Shown: positions 11,918-22,604 of the stretch, piece by piece
How the letters are laid out: every line of letters starts with the position of its first letter
How positions within the stretch are numbered: the first letter of the stretch is position 1
Origin: Phyllosticta citribraziliensis
Taxonomy: Eukaryota
Assembly: GCF_038025025.1 (NCBI RefSeq)
Contig: NW_027117347.1
Location: forward strand, 1,674,001-1,738,000
Direction of reading: 5' to 3'
DNA: 64,000 bases
Notes under the pieces: generated by a model
Told to the model about the DNA's origin: nothing
Database searches by the model: none
Seen by the model: only the letters and a program-made list of their open reading frames with translations
Program-made: the position numbers and the translations under genes

Positions 11918-13383
11918 ATGGTCCGCTACGCTGCCAAAGTCGATCTCAATAAGGATGCCGCCGAGCAACCCATTCTTCACGTAAGCAATTCGACGAAACT
12001 GGCGATATTTTGCTGACCGACTCCAGAATCGATGGCACCCTGACGGTTCGTAGCTTTGTCGTGCTTACCGAATCCCTGCTCACTTCCACACGCAGTGCCC
12101 TTCGTCGGAAAAATAAAAAACGGGGAGACAGTCAAGATTGAATGTGTCGATTGGACGGGTGGGCAGATCCAGAACAATGACAGCGCAGACGACGTCAAGA
12201 ACGTCGACTTGACCAAAATCCACTACCTGACAGGACCATTCGAGGTTGAAGGCGCGGAACCTGGCGACGTCTTGCTGGTCGAGATTGCGGATGTGCAGCC
12301 TTTGGAGGAGCAGCCATGGGGCTTCACGGGCGTTTTTGCAAAGAACAACGGCGGCGGCTTTTTGGACGAGCTGTATCCCAAGGCGTAAGTAGTCTCTCGA
12401 CCATTTGATGCAGTTGCAGAGCTGATGCGACGCGACGCACTCCAGCGCCAAAGCTATCTGGGACTTTGAGGGCATCTTTTGCTCGTCGCGACACATCCCA
12501 GGCGTCAAGTTCGCCGGCCTCATTCACCCTGGAATTCTGGGCTGCGCGCCGTCTCCCGAGATTTTGGCTGAGTGGAACCGACGTGAGGGCGAGCTCATCA
12601 CCGCCATGGATGGCTGTGGCCGTATTGTCGCGCAGCCGCCCAATGCGCAAAACGTCCACGCGGGCTCGGGGACCGCTGATGTCAAGGAGAAGGTTGGGCG
12701 CGAGGGCGCGCGCACAATTCCAGGCCGCCCTGAGCATGGCGGTAACTGCGATATTAAGAACCTGTCGAGAGGAAGCAAGGTCTACTTGCCCGTGCACGTC
12801 AAAGGCGCAGGCTTCAGCGTGGGAGACTTGCACTTTTCGCGTGAGTGATACCTACCCCTGGCAATTCACAATTTCTCCCCCTGGTACCTGGCACTGACCA
12901 TCCACTCCAACAGAGGGCGATGGCGAGATCTCCTTCTGCGGCGCCATCGAAATGCCCGGCGTCATCACCATCAAGTTCTCCCTGATTAAATCCAGCATCG
13001 ACGCCAACGCGCTGCAAATCAAGTCGCCCATCTACCAGCCGGGCCCCGTCGAGCCAGCCTTCGGCCCGGGCCGCTACATCTACTTCGAAGGCTTCAGCGT
13101 CGACGAGCACGGCAAGCAGCACTACCTCGACGCCACCGTCGCCTACCGCCAGACCTGCCTGCGCGCCATCGAGTACCTGCGCCGCTACGGCTACTCCGAC
13201 TACCAGATTTACCTGCTCCTGAGCTGCGCCCCTGTGCAGGGCCATCTTGCTGGTGTCGTGGATATTCCTAATGCGTGCACGACTATGGGCTTGCCGATGG
13301 ATATCTTTGACTTTGACATTTCGCCTGATAAGCCCGCCGTCAAGCGCGACATGGGGACGTGTGCTTTTACGAGTGACCATTAG
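11918..13383 (+). CDS. fmdS: Formamidase (FmdA/AmdA family)
   Basis: Exons encode LH|NRWHPD, ECVDWTGGQI, HYLTGP, PWGFTGVF..NGGGFL, HPGILGCAPS, EHGGNCDIKNLSRGS, SVGDLHFS|EGDGEISFCGAIEM, VVDIPNACTT; canonical introns starting 11981, 12047, about 12385 and 12841. Confidence 0.96.
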
Positions 13384-13747
13384 GAAGGCTGTATGGTGGC
13401 TGCGGAGTTGCGTCGTGATGATACCAGGGGGTGAGGTGGCGATTTCTTTGTGCTTTTGAAGTGCCGGCCGTCGAGTTTGTTTTCAAATGATGCTTTCTGG
13501 GTAACCAAGCAACGCCAGAGATGTGGGAAGTGGAAATTTTGGCCTTGCAATCAGTGTTTTGGCTCAAAATTGAAGTATTTGAAGTGCAGAATGCATAAGC
13601 CGACAGGAAATTCAATTTGCTCTGGCAAATAGCATCACTCTTATCAGTGTGCCCAACAGCTGCCTCATGATGTGTATCTCTTGACTCCTGAGGACAAACA
13701 GCAATGCCACAGACAGCCACAGCACCTCCGACACTTCAACACCAGAC

Positions 13748-13798
13748 TCGGCATCATCGGCATCATCGGCATCATCGGCATCATCGGCATCATCGGCA
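13748..13798. repeat. 9-bp tandem repeat (TCGGCATCA) x5.7
   Basis: Perfect tandem copies; minus strand reads DDADDADDADDADDA. Confidence 0.95.
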
Positions 13799-13918
13799 AG
13801 TCTCGAGCCCGCATCCAACCCGCCCGCGGACTTATTCCGCAGCCCAGCCTAGCCGAGCCAACGGCAAGGCCACCATCCGCTTCACACCGCCAGTCCAGCC
13901 AGTCCACTCTATCATGGC

Positions 13919-14520
13919 CTGATTGGCTGCTGTTCAACTTCGAACGTAGTAATGCGGTCGTCACTGATGGAACAAAAGACCATGCAGCTGTGCAGCTGGA
14001 GCAGTCAGAAAAAGCAGCGCTTCGATGATGACCTGCAACGATCTCTGCTTTTGGACTGTTCGCCCGGTTGCCTCCAGGCCTGATTGGCGTCTTTACAATT
14101 TCAAACGTCTTGCAAAACAACAATCTCTGCTTGTGGAATGCTGTGGTACGTGTACCCAATTGGTTGATTGGGCTGGCAAGAGGGAGGCTGCAGTGCGCTG
14201 ATTTGCTGGCCTGCAACTTTGGACGTCTGTCAAAACGTACTGCAGGTCAGCGTCGCGGGTTTTTCGCGGGCATGGAGGACAGATCAGCTTCATGGTTTGG
14301 GTCCGGGCCGACAAGCAAGCTTGCTGATTGGTCTTCTTGCAACTTTGAACGTAGGACACATTGTTGTGCGTTTGCTCGATGTTCTCCTTTTTTCAGATGT
14401 CACGGTCCGGAGAGTGGTCTGCTAGTTATTTCCGGGATCGACGGTTTCAATTTTGCAGTCTGCGTGCCCCTGCGGTCGACGGCTGCGGACTCTGATTTGT
14501 CCACTTGCAACTTCGAACGT
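13919..14520. repeat. Five dispersed copies of a 29-nt motif CTGATT(G/T)G-N6-T(G/T/A)CAA(C/T)TT(C/T)(G/A)(A/G)ACGT separated by unique spacers
   Basis: Copies start at 13919, 14080, 14198, 14324, 14492 (periods 161, 118, 126, 168 nt). Confidence 0.85.
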
Positions 14521-17000
14521 CTATCAACTGTTTGCGTCTGTGCTGCGCTGCGTAAACGGTGGACGATCCCATCATCATGTCGCGGTTCCGACGATGCCCT
14601 CCTGCTGGCTACCGGTGCGTCCGAGATCGGCGATGCGGGTTGCGTGCCTTGGCTGTGTCCGTTGAACTGCAGTGGGATTGTTGGAACACCTCAACACTTG
14701 AGCTTTCACGACCATCCAGCATTGGAAAGAGCTTACGGCAGAACGACATCAGATTTCACACCTGCCCAGTTGCTTCTTTCGAAGCGCTGTTGGCCGCAGA
14801 ATAGCATTGCCAGAACTTCCGGGCCCCGATGCAACGCGGCGTGCCGCGCCAACGCCTAACAACATCCGGCCCGCAATCACAGGCAGACGTTCCTTGCGTC
14901 ACTTCTAGCTCAATGATTGGTCCAACCACCCGTCTCTTACTCAATCATATCCACCAAGGGCGCTTGGAGCGTAGCGTGCGGCGCACATTATGCTCATGGC
15001 TGGCGGTCCACCACAGCACCATCCAATCATCTCACAAGGATTCCGCCTCGGCTGCAACTTAGCAAGGCGCAAACCCGGCCTCTTCCCTTCCGGCGGCCCT
15101 TCATCCCTGGTCTTCTGCCCTCGCTGCGTCAGCACCCAACTCCTCGCTTAGCCGCAAACTCCAGCCCTTCGCAGGTATAAATAAGAGCCTTCCCACGCAT
15201 CCAAACCAGTTTCTTTTGGTATACTTACCTTGTTGGGAACACCAGGATCATGAAGCTGGTCGTTCTAGGGGGTTGCCCTGCATTGCACAGCGCGGAGGCG
15301 GCCCTCTATGAATCTCCTTCGGGGGCTTCACCGGCGCAATTTTTGATGGCTTGCTGCCTAAAGCCGCTTGTTCCTTTTTCGCTGGCTGTTTTCGCCTTGT
15401 GCGGGACGTCGAAGATGAAGAGGACTGGTCGACACGATGGACGTTGGGGTCGTTGAGTCGAAGTGTTGCCGGTTTCAGGGGGGTGGAAAAGGCGTGCTGT
15501 GCGGTCTGTGCCAGGCACTTTGTGTGCCGACGCTGTTGCCGACACTTTCCCGGGCTTTGGCGTCCCTGCCGGTCGCCACCGCTGGCTCCATGACCACACG
15601 ACCGGCGACTCTATTTCAACAGCACCGGCCACTTTTGCTCGCCATGTGTTGTTTATCAGCCTAGGCTTCGACGCGCTCCGTCCAAACCCCCGTTTGAGAC
15701 GCGTACGGTCTTCACGGACTGTGCATCGCAACGCGAGTGGTTGGAGAGGACGGCGGCTCCAAATTACGCAACCAGTCGTGGCCTTCGGCCTTGATGCCGC
15801 GACAGGCGCGGTTCATCCTTTCGCAAGGCACGCGACAATGTGCAGTCGACCGTAGAAGAGTTGTTGTAGAAGCCAGGTTGCCAACCGATGGTCCTCGGTC
15901 ACCAACAACGCCCTCGCTGAGCGGTGTCGACAACTCACACCCCGCGCCGCGGTGTCAGGTAAAGGCTTGCGAGTATGCGCGCACTCGCAACCAGTGCTTG
16001 AAAACAAGGCTGTTTTTGGTTCTCATTCCTCAGTTCCATGTTTCTTCATTATCGTCATCGCGTTTTCCTCTCTTTCGGCACCTTTTCATGATCCTTGGAT
16101 GTCCACTCCCTTTCTGCTTCATCTCTACGGTCTCCTGTCCTCGTCATTTTCGTCACCATGCCATTCCACGTTTCGGTCAAGCTTCTTTACCATGTTCGAC
16201 ACGCCTCAATTAGGAAATTCAGCCGCGTAGTCCAACGTCGAACGTCTGAAGTTTTTTCGTTCAGTCAAAAGTCGAATGAAGGCTTTGCGCTTCGAAAATC
16301 GGCAAATGTTGTGCGGAGAACCATTGCGCTTCTTGCACGCGCATTCGGACACTTCTTTTGGAAGCTTGTGAGGGCTCTTCCAACAAGCACTCCTATACCT
16401 TTACATTCGCACATCTGCTTAGGCGGTCGAGTGACCAGACATAAACGCTTTCGGGGCTTTGTCTAAACGAGCACGCCTCTGTAACCCGCCCGAAACAAGC
16501 GTTGATGTGCCGCTCCATTTGCGCGAGTAGCCGACTTATGGACTTACTAACAATTGTTGCCATTCTCGGTGACACTTCTTCACGCTTCGCAATTAGATCT
16601 CCGTATCAGGATGCAAGTTCCTCTCGTGCACGCAAGAGTATACACAAATAGGGTTCATCAGCCGCACTGCATGCATTGCGCGTAGATCGTCATCCTTTCA
16701 CAACGTACCCAGTGCGCACAGCATAAGCCTCGCCCTCGCTATCGATGCAGTGAGAAGCTATGTGAGTAAGCATGTGCGAATAGCCCACGTGAGCGAGAAC
16801 TACGACGATGCGCTTTGTCCTGCTGCAATGTCTCAAGCGCTATGAATGAGGTGGAGGAACTCCTAAGCGCCGGAGGCTCTCGCTTCTAACCCCAATCGGA
16901 GCTGCAACAAGCGCAGTCGCCCTCCTGCCACATTGTTCCGACAACCCGCTCGCCTCCCTTCAATGCATTCAGGGACTGGAACGACAATTTGAAGAGCACG

Positions 17001-18443
17001 ATGGAAAAGACGTTACCATACGATGATGTGGCTTGGGAGCACAGCGACAAAGTGGTCAGCGATTGGACCAACGAACTGTGAAAGCGTGAGAATCTTCAAG
17101 CAATCGCCACTCTCGTTGCGAGTCACCACGGTGGGAAGCCTGTCGAGGTCAAGCCGCCCATGAGCGGTGCGTTCAATGTCATGATTGCAGTTGAGTTCGC
17201 CGATGGCAGCCGCGCTGTCATGAGACTTCCTAAGCCAGGTGTTCTGCCATTCCGGGAAGAAAAAGTACGCAATGAAGTGGCAACAATCAAGTATCTCCAG
17301 GCGCATACCACTCTACCTATTCCGTTAGTCTTGCATGTGGGCACGAAGGAGGAATCTCCCGCAGGCCTTGGTCCGTTCTTCATCATGGAATACGCCGAAG
17401 CCACCAAGGCTGCCAGTCGTGATCTCAAATGGTCGCTTCTACCAGAAGACCAAAGCCCGCAACTTGATCCAAATATCGACCAGGGGATCCTGGAAACAAT
17501 TTACAGTCAAATGGCAAAGATTCTCCTCCAGATGTGGATACCATCAAGCGACAGGATCGGATCGATTTACGAAGTGGACGAGGACACTTTCGAAGTGACC
17601 AGAAGGCCATACACCTTCAACATGGGGGAACTGGCAGTTCTTGGAACCTTTTCGCGGGCAAAACTGCCACCAAAAGACCAAATATTTGACTCATCGGCGT
17701 CGTACTTTCAGGCTCTTGCCGATCTCCACCTCCAGCATCTCTCCCACCAGCGCAACGACGCAGTCAAAGACGCGGACGACTGCAGAAAGAAGTTTGTCGC
17801 TCGCCGGATTTTCAGACGACTTGCACAGGAAAACCGTCTTACATCGCCTTCCACTGCAGCTGGACCGTTCAAGATCTGGTGCGACGACTTGAGGCCTGCG
17901 AACGTCCTCCTTCACTCAAACTCCGAGGTAGCTGCCGTCATCGACTGGGAATTCACCTATTTCGCCCCATCCGAGTTCGCTGAGTCGCCGCCCTGGTGGC
18001 TTCTACTCGAGCTTCCAGAGTACTGGCCAAACGGAATCGATGACTGGACCAAGTGGTATGAGCTCCGGCTTCCAACCTTTCTTAAAATGCTCCGTCAACA
18101 TGAGGACGCCATGATAGGGGAAGAAAGCCTCGGTGAAGACCAGAGGCTCTCGGATCGCATGCAGCAGAGATGGGATTCGGGGGACTTCTGGGTCGCGTAT
18201 GCGGTGCGCAAGAGCTTCGCTTTCGACATGGTCTTTTGGAAGAAGATCTTCCCGCGGTTCTTTGGCCTGGAGCCTGGACAAGATGCATGGCAGAAGGCCT
18301 TGACTTTGCTGGGTGCGGACGAGAGGGATGAGATGGAGAGACTGACCAGTAGGAAGATGGAAGAGTTGGAATCTCGGACTTTGGTATGGGAAGACGATGA
18401 AATTCTCTTGCCCGCTGCCGAGACAGAGCGAGGAGGGACGTGA
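17001..18443 (+). CDS. Aminoglycoside-phosphotransferase/choline-kinase-like (APH family) protein with premature TGA at codon 27
   Basis: GAFN P-loop, EVAT..YL, catalytic CDDLRPANVLL and VIDWEF. In-frame upstream MEKTLPYDDVAWEHSD...W matches the N-terminus I recall for this fungal family but is cut by TGA 17079-17081; next ATG is 17160. Confidence 0.85.
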
Positions 18444-19822
18444 GCAGTTGGGTTGCACGGCAACGAAAACTAATCTGGCTGCGCGGATCATCGAGCATAA
18501 CACCCGTTTCGCCATCTCGAAATACAAAGGCGAGTGACCCTTCAACCACGCTTCGGTGCACTGTTGCGCAATAATCGTTGCGCAATACTGGAATCTACGC
18601 TTCAGACCTTTAACAAACGTGGCTGCATACAAAGCCCAAGATCGAAATATGAAAGCAATGAATGCTCCGAGAACTGGACTGCCTGGACAAAAGGTGTGAT
18701 GACGCTAGATCTTCTGCAGAAAGCCGAACGCCTTGGCCTCAGCAAACGCCCTCTCTGTCTGCCAATGCAAACTACTGCTGCCTTGTTTGGACTCACATGA
18801 ACTTGTGGCGTCCATAGCGCTCTCATCACCGAGGTGCGTCAGTGAAACTAGGCCATGTTGCGGAAAGAACAACACCACTGCGTCGTATTCGTTTCTCCCG
18901 TACTCGTTTTCGTGCTGACATCGCAACGCGCGATCCTTCTGACAGCTCTTTCTGCGCGACACATACACGGTAGATTCCTGGTAGTCTAGAGGGCCAGTAT
19001 TCAAGCTGACAGATCGAATAGACCCGTATGAAGGGATTAGTGATGGAAAGGCAAGGTGAGTGGTCAGTACATCTGCATGAAGACTTCCATCTATAGAGTT
19101 CAAGATCTTTCACGAAAACTCTATTTAAGGCCATCCGATATGGTGCGGCTCTCCAGAGTAAATTGCAAAGCTTCTCTCTCCAGTAACCCTTCCATGGCCA
19201 TGGCTTGATTCAAACAAGCTTACTTCACCCCGGCGGGCCGACGCGAGGCGTGCTGTTCTGCAAGCTGCAGCCTAGCCCTGATCGTCCACTGCAAGTACAC
19301 TATATTTTTCGCCCCGTACCTCAAATTGAGTGGCTCAGCTCATCAGCTAGCAACCGCCGCCCATGGTGTTGTCGTCATCTAGTGTTCCCTTAGAGGCCTC
19401 CTCTCGGATTCTCGTATCCCGCACACAATCTGTGTGTTACCTGGCCCCAGTACACCGCTCACTTGCCTCCTATCACGGCCCGACGTTGGTCGCTAGCCTC
19501 CCGTAGTGCTTTGGACTAGCCACAGGGCATTGGGGGTTTGTTCGGACAGCGCACTCGCTTCCTCGCTTATGGTCCGCACAGTCACGCTCTTTCTCGGATA
19601 GGGCCTTCCCATGGTCTTTTGAGTACCTGATAGGGAAGCAGCATTCATTTGGCTGGCACGGCTACCAGCATCTGATCGTCGGTCGATATAGCTGCCTAGG
19701 AGAGACGATGATGTATAAAATGCGCACTTCTTGCCAACGTCCACCGCACCCCGCACACCGCACTACATCACCAGAAACAAAACAAAACATTTTGAAACCC
19801 ACACCCTCAAACTGTCGCCATA

Positions 19823-20395
19823 ATGAAGTGCCAATCCATCTTCGACGCCGCCACGCTCTTCGCCCACTCCTACAACGCCTCGATGGAAGTCTACCGCTCG
19901 GGCGCGCCCGTCTCCGTCTTCGCCAACACTCTCGCCCAATACTACAAAGCCGACAGCTTTAACGGCTACTTCATCGGGCACTCATCGCCAGGCATCAACA
20001 CATCGTCGATCGCCGCCGGCACGGAAAAATCCGTCAACTTCCTCAACAAGCAGGGCGTCGGCCACGACCTCGTCATGACGCACCTGCGCGTCGAGCCGGT
20101 CAGCGAGGGCTCCGCCGCCGTCTGGATCGTCTGGAAGATCTGCCCGCGCGACGGCCAGGAATCCTGGGAGTGGGAGACGCTGTATGGCTATCGCCGCGAC
20201 GTCAATATGACGGAGCAGGTGGCGTCGAAGCGCTCCGAGAGCCAGCTGCACCTTTCGGACTGCGAGGAGCAGGATGTTGAGACGATTGAGAGTGCTGAAG
20301 GCCGCCCGGATGGCTGGTGGGAGTACACGATTACGGATAATGAGATTTATTCGTTTGCGCAGCGGGTGCCGAATTATTTGTCGTCGTACTCATAG
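19823..20395 (+). CDS. Conserved fungal hypothetical protein, probable NTF2/SnoaL-like fold
   Basis: Intronless 190-aa ORF with strong C-ending codon bias and TATAAAA upstream near 19714; motifs RVEPVSEGSAAVWIVW, WEWETLYGYRR, GWWEYTITDNE. Confidence 0.75.
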   Translation: MKCQSIFDAATLFAHSYNASMEVYRSGAPVSVFANTLAQYYKADSFNGYFIGHSSPGINTSSIAAGTEKSVNFLNKQGVGHDLVMTHLRVEPVSEGSAAVWIVWKICPRDGQESWEWETLYGYRRDVNMTEQVASKRSESQLHLSDCEEQDVETIESAEGRPDGWWEYTITDNEIYSFAQRVPNYLSSYS

Positions 20396-20900
20396 ATGGG
20401 AATGGAAGGGGGGCAAGAGGCTAGGTAATGTTTGTTTGATGTTTGGTTTCACTATTCCTGCATGGCTGGAACTCGGATGTCCTTTTGCCCTCACTTTCCG
20501 TCAGTTGTCCATTTTTGAGGACTGTTTTTTTTTTTTTTTGTTCTTTGAAATTGTATAGCACAAATATGTATATAATTGACAGGAAACAATATATCGCACT
20601 GACAAAGAAGATATGTTACATGATGAGCACTAGTGTTTGTTCTTTTACCAACTCGCGTGTAGACGTTGCCAAGTGGTACGGTCCTGTTGGACAAAGAAGC
20701 CTCCGCAACCGCATCCATCCACTTGTACTCTTAAAAGGGTTCTTCAGCACGGAAGAGGCAGATCAGATTTGCGTGCCAACTTCTTTAATGTCCCACAGGA
20801 GTTCCGCAGACGACTCGACCGGAGCTCTCTGGTCGGCGCAGCCAGGGGCCAACCAAATTGTTTTCGGGTTTTGGATGGAGAAACAGACGAAGAGAGCCCA

Positions 20901-22136
20901 TTAGCGGCGGTGGTGAGCTCGGAAATTCTGGTCTTGAGTCTGGTACTTGAGCTGTCGTTGGCGAGGGTCGCCCATGGTCCAAGGACGTTGAAGGGGCTGC
21001 TCGTGTCGATACCGCTCTCCATGCTCATCGTCTGGAAACCATTCTGTCGCAGCTTGCCGCATATGGAAAGCAGCCTGTCGAAGACCATCGGTGGCGATGT
21101 AATGTTGCAAGCGGGCGCCCGAGTCTATCACGCCGTCCCACCAATGGAAATACATGTTGTGTAGGTCCTGTATCCAGAGTCCCTCCAGGTCCCCTGTCTG
21201 CTCTCCGTCGGCCGCCAACTCGAGAATGTGGTCGAGTGAATCAATACTGATGTGCGAATTCTTGATGGTAAGCTTGGTTTTGTAAGACATGAGATTCGCC
21301 CACGGTATATGCTCGCTAAGAATGCAGTTGTCGATCACCAGCGTTGTCGGGAAGTTCATATAAATCTCCAAGCCGAGATAGAACCAATCATTCACCATCC
21401 CTTCGGTGAGTCCGTCGAAGTTGACACAGGAGAGGTGGACCGCCTCGGCGTCAAAACAGAAGTGATCCATGACATTGTTGCAAGCCACGATCAAGAAATC
21501 TTGCCTCTGTTCAGTGATGGGCGCTAACCTGGAACGACCCGAGGGACCGCTACCGATGAGTCTTATCTTTTTCGTATCGTGCTTGGATCCTTCCCAGTAG
21601 ATTGTGAAATCGAATTGGCGGCCTGCGATGTGGATTTTAAGTCTGAGACCTTGCAATGCCGCGGCAAACACCCTCAAAGGCCGATCTTCGCGCTGCGCCA
21701 ATAGAGGAAGCCACCCTGGCACTACAATTTCTTCTTTTCTCTGGGTCACTTTCCATATGACTGTTTTGAGATTTGTCAGTCTACGAAAGATTGCTGACAG
21801 GCCGTCTTTCACAAGCTGGTCCACTCTGGATCTGGGATTGGTGACGGAGGCAACATCCAGGCTCCTACGAACTTCTTCTTCGTCGATGAGCAAAGTCGTA
21901 ATGCGATCCTCGTATCTGCCACCATTCTCCACCACGAACTCTTGGAGACCTTGGACTGAAGTATTTCCAATCGCTCTGAAAGGCGAGATCCGAAGACTGA
22001 GCTCATATTCCAGATTACCATCTGCTGTGTGATTGACCAGGCGCATGGATCTCAAATCCTCAACAGGAAGGAATCTTGCGATTAGCTGGTACATCTCGAC
22101 CGGTAGGTCGTTTTCCAGTCTGTTCCTGCCGTCCAT
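20901..22136 (-). CDS. F-box protein, FDWDG-cap family member 1 (divergent outlier)
   Basis: F-box LENDLPVEMYQLIARFLPVEDLRSMRLVN; LRR-like LTNLKTVIW; middle FTIYWEG; cap variant MYFHWWDGVIDSGARLQHYIATDGLRQAAFHM. Confidence 0.8.
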   Translation of the reverse strand: MDGRNRLENDLPVEMYQLIARFLPVEDLRSMRLVNHTADGNLEYELSLRISPFRAIGNTSVQGLQEFVVENGGRYEDRITTLLIDEEEVRRSLDVASVTNPRSRVDQLVKDGLSAIFRRLTNLKTVIWKVTQRKEEIVVPGWLPLLAQREDRPLRVFAAALQGLRLKIHIAGRQFDFTIYWEGSKHDTKKIRLIGSGPSGRSRLAPITEQRQDFLIVACNNVMDHFCFDAEAVHLSCVNFDGLTEGMVNDWFYLGLEIYMNFPTTLVIDNCILSEHIPWANLMSYKTKLTIKNSHISIDSLDHILELAADGEQTGDLEGLWIQDLHNMYFHWWDGVIDSGARLQHYIATDGLRQAAFHMRQAATEWFPDDEHGERYRHEQPLQRPWTMGDPRQRQLKYQTQDQNFRAHHRR

Positions 22137-22604
22137 GGCTGCTTATTGAGGTGCTGTATCCTGTGCGGTTGTGTCCTAGGCAGATTGTAATGTCGTGTTC
22201 TGAGGGAAGCAATGTCGAAGTAGCTTTGGTCGCGAAAAGCACAGCAGACGCAGCGATTATAAACTTTGACTGGGACCCCAAAGGCACAAAAAACGAAAGA
22301 AGGAAATCCTGCTTTGGGACACAATACTGGACGCTTGCAGATGCCGCAGAGCGCAAGACAAAAAACTGTTCTTTTATTCCAAGCAGATGATGTTGAGCTT
22401 TGGGCATTCGAATCACCACGATGAAAGTGCTTTGTTGTCCGGAAACGGCGGCTCTTTCTTTTCGGAGAGGACAGAGTCGCCAACCTGGCTGCGAAAATCG
22501 AATCGATTGCACCTCTACCGATCTCAAGTCTTTGTCCTGTTGCTCCTTTGACGCCAATTCTCCGGATAATCACTCAGACCTGTAAGCCGACGCCCGGAAA
22601 TCCT

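Noticed and set aside
13919..14520. CRISPR array interpretation of the 29-nt repeat-spacer pattern
   Set aside because: Eukaryotic intron-containing context, degenerate repeats, long and unequal spacers (about 90-140 nt), no cas genes.
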